A stretch of 56,951 bases of DNA, the filler included, from Sluysia triapertura (lineage: Eukaryota), in the NCBI GenBank assembly GCA_046118255.1. It is 4 parts of 4 records of this genome, joined end to end, with 100 filler letters (N's around TTAATTAATTAA, not from the genome) between each part and the next. Parts side by side here need not be neighbours in the genome. Positions count along the whole stretch, not along the records: positions 1 to 15,544 come from JBJNIA010222465.1; 3 more parts are not named here. One strand, written 5' to 3'. Under the pieces are notes generated by a model. The model saw only the letters and a program-made list of their open reading frames with translations. It was not told the DNA's origin and searched no databases. The position numbers were made by a program, and so were the translations under genes. How positions within the stretch are numbered: the stretch's first letter is position 1; every line of letters starts with the position of its first letter. This document shows positions 1 to 12,485 of the stretch, piece after piece.

Positions 1-1375
1 AGATTAATATTATTATTAAAAATTATTATTATTATGTACAAATCATTTTAAACATCATCGTTATTTAATGGTATTGCACATTATACTTTATTTTACTTTC
101 TTTTTTTGATTTGTTTTAAAAGATATATTTTGTCGAAATTATACCTTGGATATGGATTGATAAATAACGATGATAGTAAACAAATGGAATCAGAGAAATT
201 TGTCATAATAACGTAAAATGTTACAATAATAATATTTATTCTTAATTAATTGTTATATTTAATTGTTCGTTGTGTGGTAAAAGTTAATATTTAAGATCAT
301 TTTTCGTATTTTATACCAATCCTTGTATTTCTTAGTCCTGAGTAGCCTGAAATTATAAAATAAACATAATTTAAAAATTAATATTAATTAATTATGTACG
401 AGACTACGTAAAAGTATTATTGATCGGAAAATAAATTTAAATATTAGTGGAATGTAACAGTGTCATGTGTTAAGATAAAGAATTATTAAGACATTTTATT
501 TTGGAGAATTGATTATTTTATATCTCGATTAAGTGACAAGAAATCAAAGAAAAACGTTAACAATATTTATGAACCATACTCATGTGATGAAAACTATAAT
601 ATTAACTTACATACAAATCTAAAAACAGTGGGAATTGTGAGTTGAGGCTGTCAAAATGCACTTATCATCGACATAGAAACACCTAATCTTCTAAAATCTA
701 ACTTCGTACAAATGTTTATCACTTATGCTATTTTTAGTACAAATTACATTCATGATATTCAGTTTATGTGAAACTAATTTAAAAATTTCTTTTAATTTTT
801 TCTGTGTTTGCACACAACTCTATCAACAATGATGTTTATACAGCATTACGTATGTTTATACTTCATAATTATATTCCATTTCGTTCTTTGTTTAATAAAA
901 TTTAATAAATTAATTTGCAATTATTTCCAGTCAATATTACTTCATTATTATGAATTATAAATCAAAAAATTATACTAGTACAGAGTGATATTAGTAAATT
1001 ACACTAATCATATTATTTTCGGTCAATACACTTTTGGCAAATATTTAATTTAAGTTAATTCTTATAGAGGATAATGTTTTTTTAATTACAAAATAATTCT
1101 ACTCAATCTAAATTTAATATAATTTATCTTATGTATTATAATATTCTAAATCATGTTTTAAGATAATTATGCTCTTAAAGTTTGATTTCATATAATTGCT
1201 ATTGATTCTATTGATTCTTATTTTAAAATGATTCTATTGTTTATAGTAGTGAGGTTTGATGTTTATAAGGTTTAATTTCATATTGTCTCCATTGAATCTC
1301 ACTTTAAAATGATTAATTATACAATTTCAATTTAAATTTGATTATTTGTTACTAAATTTTGAATTTTATTAACAG

Positions 1376-2511
1376 TGTGTAAGCTCATTTTAAATTGATA
1401 CTAAAACATTATAATCTTAGTAATTTTTTGAGCATTATTATTTTAACATTATTTTAAGATGAATAATCATTTTTTTAACATTATATTTTATTAAATCGTT
1501 AAAAATAGTTTATTTTTTAAAATGAACATTTAAAAATGAGTATTATATTTAAAATTCTTTTACAAAATAATTACAAAATCTTACAAAAAAATTTTTTAAC
1601 GTGATTAGTTACCCCACTATAATGAGGGGAATAATTTATAATTAAACTAATTAATTAAATTAAATTAATAAATTAATTAAATTAAATTAAAATAAATTAA
1701 AGATCTTATTTGGATTTTAATTTTAAAGTATTTGAATTTTTTGTATCTTGTTTATTGAGTCAGAATTTTGTGTAATCTAATATACATAAAGTTTCTTAAT
1801 TCGTTATTATCATCAAAAATAACTTTAATAACAGACTAAATCATTGTTAAGTTGATAAGCACACTGTTAACAAATTTTGAAACGAATAAAATAAAAAATC
1901 CGATTGATTAAATTGAATTAAAAGTCAAAAGACCCTCTAACTTACGTTAAGGATAATAATTATTATTTATCGTAGTAATAATTTTTATTAAATTTGCAGT
2001 TGAGTGTAGTTACAGGAACACCCTCTTTACTGTAACCGGACCCTGCTCAATTTTACGTTGCCATAGTTTAACATAGCACTCCTATGTTAAGAGGAGTATT
2101 TCAAAATAATTAATAAATTTTTAAATTAATTAATAAATTAATAAATAAATAAAAATTTAAATTAATAAATTAATGAATACATTGTTCAGTTTTAAGGCAA
2201 GAAGAAATACATAATTATTACAAATAATTAATAAATGATAATAATTTAATTATTTTATTTTCAAAAAATTTAATTATTCCAAAGTAACTCATTTTGAATC
2301 TTAATAAAATTATCAACAATAAATATACGAAAATAATTAAAATCTTATGCCAAAAATAATTTTATTGGCTTCGTAAAAAGAAACTATAATTTTAATATTT
2401 CGTTTATTTATTATTAATTTCAGTTTAAAAAGTGAATAATAATTGCTCAATATATCATTATTAATAATACCATAAATATTTTCAGTATTATTCTTTGAGC
2501 TCTATCTTACA
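1376..2511 (+). mobile_element. Solo LTR-like element (~1.14 kb)
   Basis: Begins TG(TGTAAG) and ends CTTACA; flanks AACAG/AACAT resemble a 5-bp TSD with one mismatch. A-rich AAAATTAC-type repeats and the motif AATATTTTCAG(T/C)ATTATTCTT are shared with the element at 35728-36930. No ORF. Confidence 0.5.
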
Positions 2512-2736
2512 AACATAGTATATAATAAAGTATGTCATTATTAAATCGAAAGAAAAGGAAACTGAGAAAACTATTTCTTATTTCTTATTTTTCTGGTTTC
2601 ATATTTTTTATACGTTATTTAATAAATTTAGCTTATGACATTTAACACTCTAACTATGATTGTTATCAATATGCAATTTAACAGTTATTTAGATATTTTA
2701 ACTACTCCTATTTTTCATGGAGAGACATTATATATA

Positions 2737-3659
2737 CTCTGTTTCAAAAGTATAGGTGTACAAAAAACAATACTCGCATAATGTCGGATTTAGAGCTAAA
2801 CTACAGTAAAACAACAGTATGAAGAATATTAAAGTCGAATTCATTAAACCTCCACTTACTGATGCTCATAAAAAAGCAAGAATTAACTTTGCCGAAAATC
2901 ATATTAATAACCACACTGACTGGACCACGATAATATTCTCAGATGGGAAGAAATTTAATTTGTATGGCCCTGATGGTTATAAATATTACTGACATCATTT
3001 AAAAGATTTAAATGAAATATTTTCTAAGAGAATTTGTGGTGGATGATTAGTTGTGGTATGGGTTGTCATAATTTATGATAAAAATCTAGCTTTACGTGTG
3101 GTTCCATCTATTCTTAAAGGACTATGATTTGATAAAAGAAATATGTTTCATGATTTGATAAAAAGAAGTGTGTCAAACTTCCAGAAAATATTAATGTTAT
3201 TTTTCAGCAGGATAACTTTCCTTGTCAACACTTAATAGGTTCAGTGGAGATGGATTAAAAGTGTTAGTCTGGCCAGCAAAATCACCTGACCTCAATTCAA
3301 CAGAAAATTTATAATCTAAATTATCTTTTAAGGTATTCAGTCAAGGAAAACTTTAACAATAACAATATGCCCGAGTTAAAAAGTGCAATGGATGCTTGGA
3401 AAATATTGAAATAAAAAATGTAAATATATAGATAAATTCGATGAACAAAAGGTTTGTAGATATACAGAAAAACTCAGGAATATCAATAAAATACTAATTT
3501 TGTATAATACGTTGCATAGTCTCTTAAATAAAAAGTTTGTATAATGTGTCTTTTATTTTGAAACGAAATTTCTTTAAATAAATTCAATATAATAATTAAA
3601 AGTGTACTAATATTGGAAGCTATAAATAAGTATTATTTTATTCGTGTTTTATTTATTAA
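2737..3659 (+). mobile_element. Degenerate Tc3-like (Tc1/mariner, probably DD34E) transposon, internally deleted
   Basis: TA followed by CTCTGTTTCAAAAGTATAGG terminus. Disrupted transposase motifs WTTIIFSDGKKFNLYGPDGYKYY (Tc3 FSDEKKFNLDGPDG), FQQDN and WPAKSPDLNSTENL, with stops and frameshifts. Second copy at 29090-30075. Confidence 0.9.
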
Positions 3660-4446
3660 TGTAAGAATGTGTAGTTAAAAAAGGCTTTTTAATTTATACT
3701 TATTCTTTACTGTGAGTTCCGTAATCTTAGACTTACTCACTTAAGGGCTAAGTTATAAGCAGTATTTTAGAAGAATTTATATGGAGGTATAGTAAGCTGA
3801 TATTAAGTCAATTAAGCTTTCCTAGATTACTGTATTTTAAGTGAAACTAGTGTCGACTCTTTAATTTAAAATTTAAAAATCGGCTCTTTAAAATGAACAG
3901 AATCTTTTGGGCAAAAATAAATTTTATGCAATATTAACTTAGGCTTAACTGTTAAAAATAAACTTAGTTCTTTCAATTTATAGGTTAGAACAATCTTGGT
4001 TACTTTTGTTTAATTTTGATTTGGGTTTTTTGTTTAGAGGTGGGGTTATTTAATTTTGTCTTACAAGTTTAAAATATCAAAAATTCAAAATAATTTACGT
4101 CGATTTTACAACCGTGTTTCAAAAGCGGTGTTACTTAAATCTCTTTATCTTTTCTCTATGAAATTTTACCTGGATTTTGCGACCGAATAAAATCGGCGAA
4201 CTTATGTTAATTAATGAATGAAATCAAGTAAGAAATAAAATATATTAGTTGCACAAAATGATTTTTATATAGGAGATAATAAAGGTTATATAATAAATGT
4301 ATAAATATTTTAATAAAGATTATGAATATAATCTTATATTAATCAATTACCTCCCTCTTAAAAAGGGGTTGTTAAAAAAATTAAACTAATCATTTTACAA
4401 TCTATTAAAATTGAGGAAAACTTATGAAAACAAACGAACGGTTACA
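3660..4446 (-). mobile_element. Solo LTR-like element (~790 bp) abutting the Tc3 right end
   Basis: TGTAAG...GTTACA termini; flanks ATTAA/ATAAA (4/5 TSD match); CTATATAAAA TATA box on the minus strand near 4262-4272. Homology between the two Tc3 copies stops at 3660. Confidence 0.5.
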
Positions 4447-6169
4447 ATAAATGGATTATAGATAAATTCCCAAAAAATTAAATAAGAGTCCAAAATTCGA
4501 ATGGGCCTCAAATAAAAGTCCAAATTAATTGCCGAATAAAGTGGATAAAGTTCCAGAAGTTCCTTGAAGATCGTGGGACAAAAATTGACTATCGGAATAT
4601 CATAAATAATTAATTTAAAGATTTATTCAATAAAATATTGCTATGTTCACCATCTAAACTCCATTTGGGAAAATTTTGATAATATAATAAAATATTAATA
4701 AATATTTATCTACTTATGAAAATAAGTAGATAATTAAAAAGTAAAATTTGAAATATTTTTACTTAAAACAATTAATTTTTTAATTTTAAAGTTACTCATT
4801 TTAATAAGTAACAAAATTTTTAATTTTAAAATTTTATTGGTTTAGTATAAAAGCAAATGGAATTGCAATTATAAATTTGTATCTTGAATTCGACTCTAAT
4901 TTATTATGATTTTATGCGCCTCTAAATTACCATTGTGAAAAAAGTTGAATACGACAAAATTAATAATTTTCAATTTTAAGTTGGTTTTATTTCCAAGAGT
5001 ATAATCATTTTAAAATCCCTGTTTCTAAACTTCATTCCCTCATTTAATGAGGAAAATGTATCATTTAAAATTTCGTGCTTTAGAATTACAGAACTAAAAG
5101 ATTTTAAATCAAAAATGATATTTCTTCTCTAATTGTGTTTATATGTAATAATTTTGCTTTTCATTTTAGTTTTACCATAGCTCGATTTTAATTACTGCAC
5201 TTATAGTATCGCATTTATCCTTGTGAGTGTTCGATTAATAAATATATGTAAAAACAGTTAATTTGTGGTAAGTTAATTTAAATAATCCAGATTGGAATGT
5301 TCATGAGTAAAAGAATAAACCCTCTATATATATGAAGTATTACCATTAAAATAGATCTATAAATTAAAATACGTTACATAACTTTAAATTCATAAAACAG
5401 TAAGAATAATTAGAGTTTACACATTAAGATTTATTCACTTTTAGTTACACGTACTCTTACACGTAAATCGTATAATGTAACTGAACCACATTAAATTTTA
5501 TTTTGACGTATGTCAAAAATAAAATTACACAGCGGATTTGTCTTTAAGATGCATTTGAAAAAAACGTTCATTATAATAATTGTTCATTGTAAGTGGTACA
5601 TAATAATAGTAATTTGTAAATAATAGTAAGTCTTGTATAATAATTGTACTTTACTTTAGGTCTTCCTTTTTTATATAGTGTTTTTTATTCTACATAGTGT
5701 CTTTTAGTCTAGTAAAATCTGCACTACTATTAATTAAGTGAACGAACAATTATTGATTATACTATTGATTGAATAATTATTGATTAATATAGAATTAATT
5801 ATGAAACTTTATGATTAAATTTGTATGTTAGAATTTGTTTGAAATATTTCGAATATTCATTGTTTTATTCAACAACTTATTTTTAGAAAAACATTATTAT
5901 TTGAATAATTTTATTTTAATTTGGATAATTGCATTCGGTTAATTTTTATAATACTATGATTATTCATCATTTGGACAATATTATATTTATTTATTTGAAT
6001 TATTATCAAAGTCAAAAAATATACTATAAATATAATAGATATTTGTGATTCAAACACAAAAAATACAATTTTCTGGCAAGTGATAACTAAACAAAAGTTT
6101 TTGTAATGAACCCAAAAGTGTGGTAATCAAATTCGAATTCGATTTACAATCACAGTTTCCTTTTTGAGC

Positions 6170-6835
6170 TGAATAATATTTCTAATTGTGGTAGCAAACT
6201 TACTAACCTTAATAAATTTTACAAAAATCCTACCTCAAGCATATTAAAATCTCATAAATCTTCAAAATATACACTACACATTTTTAAATCTATTTTAAAA
6301 CCAATCCATCATAACTAAAATCGTACCCTTTAACAACATACCACAACCTTGTAAAATTCATCACAATCGTTTTTATATCTTATTTCTTTCAAATCCACAA
6401 AAATAAACTTTCACTTTTCAAAACACCTCAAGTCTACAATCTCATATCAAAAGTACATTAAACAATTCACCAAAAATATTTACTCGATATCTCACAACAT
6501 CCAAACTACAATAACATCTCAAACCATTGAATCACATTAGAAATTCATCTAAAATATTTCAATTTTCATCAATAACAATTCGATTTAAACTATATTCTCA
6601 ACAGTCTATAATCACCTTCTGAACATACAAAAGTTAGACTATAACATACTTACTTTTACACGTCAAACTACGCCTTCATGACATATTAATAGCTCATCAC
6701 CTAATAACATCTTAAACTGGAAACATTATCCCATTTAAAACATTAAAGTGTATGATAACTTCCACATAAACATTCGTAGCGCTTCAAAATATTTAACACC
6801 TAAAAGTATTTTTACCTGACATAATAATAACACTT
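6170..6835 (+). repeat. G-depleted C/A-rich cassette leader (dispersed repeat)
   Basis: Aligns by eye with the reverse complement of 34780-35430, e.g. CTCACAACATCCAAACTACAATAACATCTCAAACCATT vs CTCATAACATCCAAACCACAATTACATTCAAAACCATT. Confidence 0.8.
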
Positions 6836-6838
6836 CGC

Positions 6839-6916
<78 letters not shown>
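6839..6916. repeat. (ATT)n microsatellite
   Basis: Direct reading of the sequence. Confidence 0.98.
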
Positions 6917-6967
6917 CATTTCAACATAATTTATTTCAATTTAAATTTTAATCATGTTGAGTTACTG

Positions 6968-7152
6968 CCATCATCAACAGTGACATTTGCTTTATAATTA
7001 CAATTTCATGTCAATGTTGATGATGGTTGTCATCACAGTATAATTTAACTCATCAAAAGCAATAAAATAAGCTAACCGATCGTATTGGCTGAAAATCCAA
7101 ATCAGTTATTATACTGATTTTCTTAAAATGCTTTTGGTTGGACAACAAATCA
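6968..7152 (+). promoter_or_regulatory. Cassette hairpin plus degenerate CCAAT-type inverted block
   Basis: 19-bp stem CCATCATCAACAGTGACAT/ATGTCAATGTTGATGATGG with one mismatch (6968-7026), then TATTGGC...TGGTTGGACAACAAATCA, homologous to 34482-34651 reversed. Lies about 120 nt upstream of ATG 7275. Confidence 0.55.
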
Positions 7153-7274
7153 AGATACAAAAAATTCATTCAGCACAATTTTAATTTTATTCTAAAAATT
7201 TTTAAAACTCACAATTTTAATTTTGATACAAAAATTTTATAGCTCATAATTCTTTGTACTGTTAATGGTAAAAA

Positions 7275-7890
7275 ATGTCATACAATTTTAACTACTATAA
7301 AGTTGATGATCTTAAAGATGTTGTTGATGATCTTAAAGATGTTGTTGATGATCTTGAATATCATAAAGATAAAGATTATGACAATTATATTAAGAGTCTT
7401 AAAGATAAAAATGATGACTGTTATTTCAAACATCATTAAAATGATAACGAGTATTTTATTAGTTTTAAAGATGATAAGGATGGTGTCAAGAATCATAAAG
7501 ATAAAGATTATGATAATTATGTTATGAATTTTAAAGAAAAAAATGATGACGGTAACAACTATTTCAACCAATATGAACATGATAATGATTATGCCGAGCA
7601 TTATAAAGATAACGAGAATAAAGGTGACTTAAGATTTGTTAAACAATATAAAGATGATGATCACAATTCCAAACAATATGCTGACGAGGATGATTATAAA
7701 GTTCAACGTAACCATATTAATCACTATGAAATGAATTTTCCTATGGACTAAAGTCATCGCCTTTTGTCCATACTCTACAGATGATCAAGGAATTTGTTTG
7801 ATGAACAGAGTAAAGTGTCAACGAATCGGAAATCAATGAACTTATCAAGAGTGTTAATGTGTGGATAGTTACATATACTAGAAAAGAGTT
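7275..7890 (+). pseudogene. Acidic D/N/K-repeat protein with Unkempt-type CCCH finger remnant (disrupted)
   Basis: ATG 7275 MSYNFNYYKVDDLKDVVDDLK..., in-frame stop near 7437, continues into ORF 7524-7751, then frameshifts into VIAFCPYSTDDQGICLMNRVKC (C-x9-C-x6-C). Homologous to 33342-34330. ORF 8026-8229 (…IIFNKTSTSPK) resembles IIFNNIRIKPPK near 42405. Confidence 0.65.
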
Positions 7891-10142
7891 GATAACAAAA
7901 ATTGATAAAGTAATAATTATTTTTATTACTATAATAATATTTATAATTATGATTTTTCTTCAGGTAACGAAACACGGATTCAATTAAAAGATATATGCAG
8001 AATAAAATATCTAAATATTAACATTATGAACTTAGAAAATTTTAATAAATTTTTTGATGTTTATATTTGTTTGTTAGTTAATTATAAACCAAAAGTCTCA
8101 TTAACTCTGTTAACTTTAATAGTATTTGAAATATATTTTAAAAGAATTCAATATTCAAATAAAGACCTAAAAGATTTTTATTTAAATTTAATAATAATTT
8201 TTAACAAAACATCAACATCACCAAAGTAATCGTTAGTTTTTTTGTATAAGTTATACTTTTTACGTACATTTGTAAATTCATACTCAAAATTTTTATCATA
8301 GAACCATTTAAAAGGGTCTAGAAAAATTAAACAAATTTATAGTATAACATTTTAACAATTTTCTATCATAATAATAAATTTGTAATATATGTTTTTAATT
8401 CAGTTTCAGGTATAATATTATCAAGAATAAAAAATTAACAATTGAACTTATGAGAATATAATTGTTCGTTAATATCATTAGATTGAAAAGCCAATCAATA
8501 AATAAAAGTACATTCATGTGGTTAAATGTTATTAATTTAATTTAATTGTCGATTTAATTCTCATTTTTCTGTATTTAACATTATATGGTTCAACAAAACA
8601 CTGCTTATATCTATGCTATGTTTGATGGATAAAATATGTCAATTTTTCATTTGTATTCATTGTAATAAAGAGTGAATTTATTGTTAGATTACGTCAATTA
8701 CTAGTCACAGTTAAACGAAAGTTATAATTATTTTAATTAAAATTATATAAACACTTGCATAATTATATAATAGATAATTTAATTTTATATTTAAGAATCA
8801 ATTAAAGATTTGATTATTTGTTTGTTATTCTTGAATATTTAAATTATGTATTATGTATATATGATTAAATGTTTAAATGACGAGTAAAGCATTATAAATC
8901 AAAAGATAAAAAATGACGTATAGTTTATTTTATAATTAAATAAACATGAGATGAGATAGAAGCTATAGAAAAAAATAAATAATGAATGAAATAATTAATT
9001 AATTAAATTATTTACAATAGCAACAATTACATTCAGATAAACTCTGTTCATATTAAATTAATTTCGACCTTATAATTTAATATGTTCAAGTTTAATAATC
9101 TAATAAGTGTTTTAATAGATTACTACATCATCCGTTTCATTTTTGACCTTTAAAATAAATTAGTTGTCCTATAAAAAGGAAAACAGATGAAGTTTATGAA
9201 TCAAATTAACATTTGTCCTAATATCTCTTGAAATCTCATTTTTTTAGTTTAAATCTTACGCATAATTTTCCTTCAAGGTCGTTCAGTATTTTGAGCAGCT
9301 TAAACAAATACGTACATAAAATCAATTTTCGCCCAAAACGATTAATAATTATTAAATTATTATTTAATAATTTATCAACTAAATTATGAAAATCATCAAA
9401 CTAAATTTTAATTCAAATTTAGTTTTATTATCTCTAAACTTTTAGAGATAATCAAATTATATTTAATCCTTTATTTAATTTTCAATATATACTATCAACC
9501 TTTTTATGTTGCTTCGGTCAAATTATAACATAACTATGGCGTGACATAATCTCCACAAGAAGCAACATTAACTAATCATATGATCGAATTTAGTGATAAT
9601 TGACCAACAATATATTCAAAACATCACTACTTAATAAGTGCTCAACGGAAAGATCGATAGAATATCTACTTATTTTTTACTCTGGTAAGTATTTGGTAAC
9701 GACATTCTGTCAAAAACAAAATGTAAATAAATAATCAATTTGAACGTTTAAATGCGCAACTGAACCTTGAAAATAATTTTCCATTGATATCTAAAAAGAA
9801 ATATACGAATACTCAATAGGTTGCAAAAAGCCATCTATATCACTGTTATATAGGAAATTCAATTATAATAAATGATGCTAACTCCTTTTTTACAATGTTA
9901 ATAATCGTATTTATATATTTCAATTAAAGTTTTTTAAAGAAAAAAATTAGGGCTATTTGACACTGTTAACACTGTCAAAACTCATTACCGCTAAAATTAT
10001 TTATTGGACTGTTTTCATTGGAAGATAAACAATTGTGAAATTGTCACATCATTATCGATTCATTTTTACAGATATAGAGTTCATATCTATAATTATTTCA
10101 AGGCACCATATCACCATAGTTCAAGTAACGTAATACCACAAA

Positions 10143-11381
10143 TATTGGTGCATAATTTCGTGCATTTTTTTACAATTATGAAAAATAAAATCAAGAAAAA
10201 AATTCCAAATAACAAAATGAATTTATTAAGTCAATAGAAAAAATAAATATCTCAGTCTCAGTCACAAATATTCTTCGCCACAATCGATCACTTCCTTCTA
10301 CCGTTCCAGCAGTTTGTCAATCCCACGTTTGAAGAAGCTTAGTGATTTTTGGTGGAAAATTATTCAATCCCCACGTTGTTATTGCTTCTTTGTTTTCAAA
10401 TGTGAGACCAGAAAGATGGTTCGACATGGAGTGGAAAAGATGAAAATCTGTTGGAGAAGGGGAAGAACGTACCAGCCAAGCTCTTCAGTAGCCAAGTTTG
10501 TCATTATGGCGACATTGTCATGCTGTAAAATTATCTGCTTCTTATTGGTCCTCTTCGTTTTGATTGCAGTGTTTACCCGCTTGAATTGTTTGCAATAAAG
10601 TTCGGCTTTAATTGTTTGGTATCTTGGAAAAATTCCGTAATTAATAACACTAAATTGGTTCCACTAAACGCATAACATGATTTTGCGTTGGTGAACTTTG
10701 GGTTTTCCACGTGGTTGTGGTTGCTTTTGAGGACATACCCAAGCTTTTTTGTGTATCAAATTTACATAGAGGCACAATTTCTGATCACCTCCTATGATCC
10801 TGGAAAAGAAAGATTGATGCTGCTGCACAGCAGATTAATGGCAAACGAGTAAAGATGCAGAAATACAAGCACGTTGATTTTTGTGACTTTCTTTGAGAAG
10901 GTGAGGTACCCAAGATCCAAGCTTTTGAACTTTTCCCATATTCTTGAGATGTCGAGAAATAGTGGTGCGATCACAATCACATGTGTCGATTGACGTGGAT
11001 CATCATGAATCAATAGGTTCAAACAGTCTTCATCAAAGTCACTAGGTCGGCCGGACCGAGGTGCATCGTTTGAGTCAAAATTTCCACTATTAAATTTCGA
11101 AAACCACTTTTGTGTTGTTTGTTTACTGAATGCCTTTTCTCCACAAACGCAACAAGTCATTTAGAAGCTGATTAAAATAGAAAAGGAGTAGATGCCGGAC
11201 ATGTTCATTTTTATCTACCTCACACTCCATTTTAAAGAGGTTAATGAAAGCGAAAGTTAGTCTAAAATGATTTAAATAGATAATTCAGCTGAACTAATAT
11301 AACTCAATCAGTTAAAACAAGAAGTTGGTGTATTTTCTTTGCAACAAATAAAACCGCACGAATTTATGCACTAACCTAATA
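10143..11381 (-). mobile_element. mariner (DD34D) transposon, near full length, inactivated
   Basis: TIRs TATTAGGTTAGTGCATAAATTCGTGCGG / TATTGGTGCATAATTTCGTGC. Transposase motifs EHVRHLLLF, KWFSKFNSGNF..D.PRSGRP, WVPH, HQRKIMLCV*WN, LQHDN, LGWYVLP, with frameshifts. Confidence 0.95.
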
Positions 11382-11426
11382 CTTCGAGATAAAAAATATT
11401 AAGAAATAAAAATAATTACTGTAATA

Positions 11427-11427
<1 letters not shown>

Positions 11428-11484
<57 letters not shown>
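11428..11484. repeat. (AAT)n microsatellite
   Basis: Direct reading; explains the poly-Leu ORF 11376-11573. Confidence 0.97.
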
Positions 11485-11485
<1 letters not shown>

Positions 11486-12485
11486 GTGGAAAATAATAAA
11501 ATAAGAATAAAAAATAATATAATGATATCATAAAGAAAATTCCAGAAGATAAATCTCCCTCTTCATTGGTCATTAGCTAATATCTATACTAGTTTTCAGA
11601 AAGAAATTATCATTTGATTTTTGTATTTAAAAATATGAAAATCTTTTGGAAAAGATGTAATTCTGTCAAATGTTAATTAGTATTAGTAAGTTTATACTTT
11701 TAAGTTTTTGAGGTTTCATACAGAATCTGTAAATTATTAATCTTTAGTTCGGTTTTCGAGTTAGAATTTTAACTATTTACATCAAAATTTAATTAAAATC
11801 TGTGGTTAAAAGTTGTCATTGATTTTGTTAATTGATTGTTAAAAAATATTAATTAATTTTGGTGTTTTAACTTTGATATAGTTAACGAATAAGAAGTAAT
11901 AAGAGAAGAAATTAAGTCGACCTTCAAATTACATATACTGTATAATTTTATAAGTTGTCATCGCTACAGACGTATTAAGCCGTTGATTAAAGCCGAACTC
12001 ATTAATCAATTTATTTTGTTAATCTTCAACCAAATTGAAGATTAAAGAATACATAAAAATAAAAATTAGCAAGTGTAAATAAGACTTATATTTTATAGTA
12101 ATAATTCAAGAAAAACTTTCTAAAATTTCTGATTCTTCTTCAAATTTATACTAACTCATATTTAGCAGCTAAAAATTCTTAATCGACTGTTTGATGGTAA
12201 CACAAACAAAGTTATTCTGTCAAAAAACGTACTACTACGTCAGCAGCTACTGAATTTCGAATAAGAAATGATATATTACTACGTCAACAGCCAGTAATGA
12301 GTTAAAAAAATCTAAATGAAAATCGAAAAAATATTTTAAATTATTTACTTAAAATATTTAATAAAATATGACTCATTATTACTAATTCTATTTTCAACCG
12401 CACATATCTAAATACAATTTTAAATTTAAATTTTATCACTATAAATATGTGAATTTGAAACGTATTTTATTTTTAATTTTAAATA

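Noticed and set aside
7278-7601. Ile/Met-rich 'membrane' ORFs (7278-7601, 7303-7527, 33649-33966, 33746-34015, 33963-34253, 34012-34374)
   Set aside because: Shadow frames of the GAT/AAT-rich acidic repeat; the Asp/Asn frame is the one linked to the zinc finger.
10314-10598. Plus-strand ORFs over transposons (10314-10598, 13695-13922)
   Set aside because: Antisense to decayed transposases.
11620-12460. Possible further solo LTRs (also ~43850-44670)
   Set aside because: Composition is suggestive, but I could not define termini, a TSD or a second copy.
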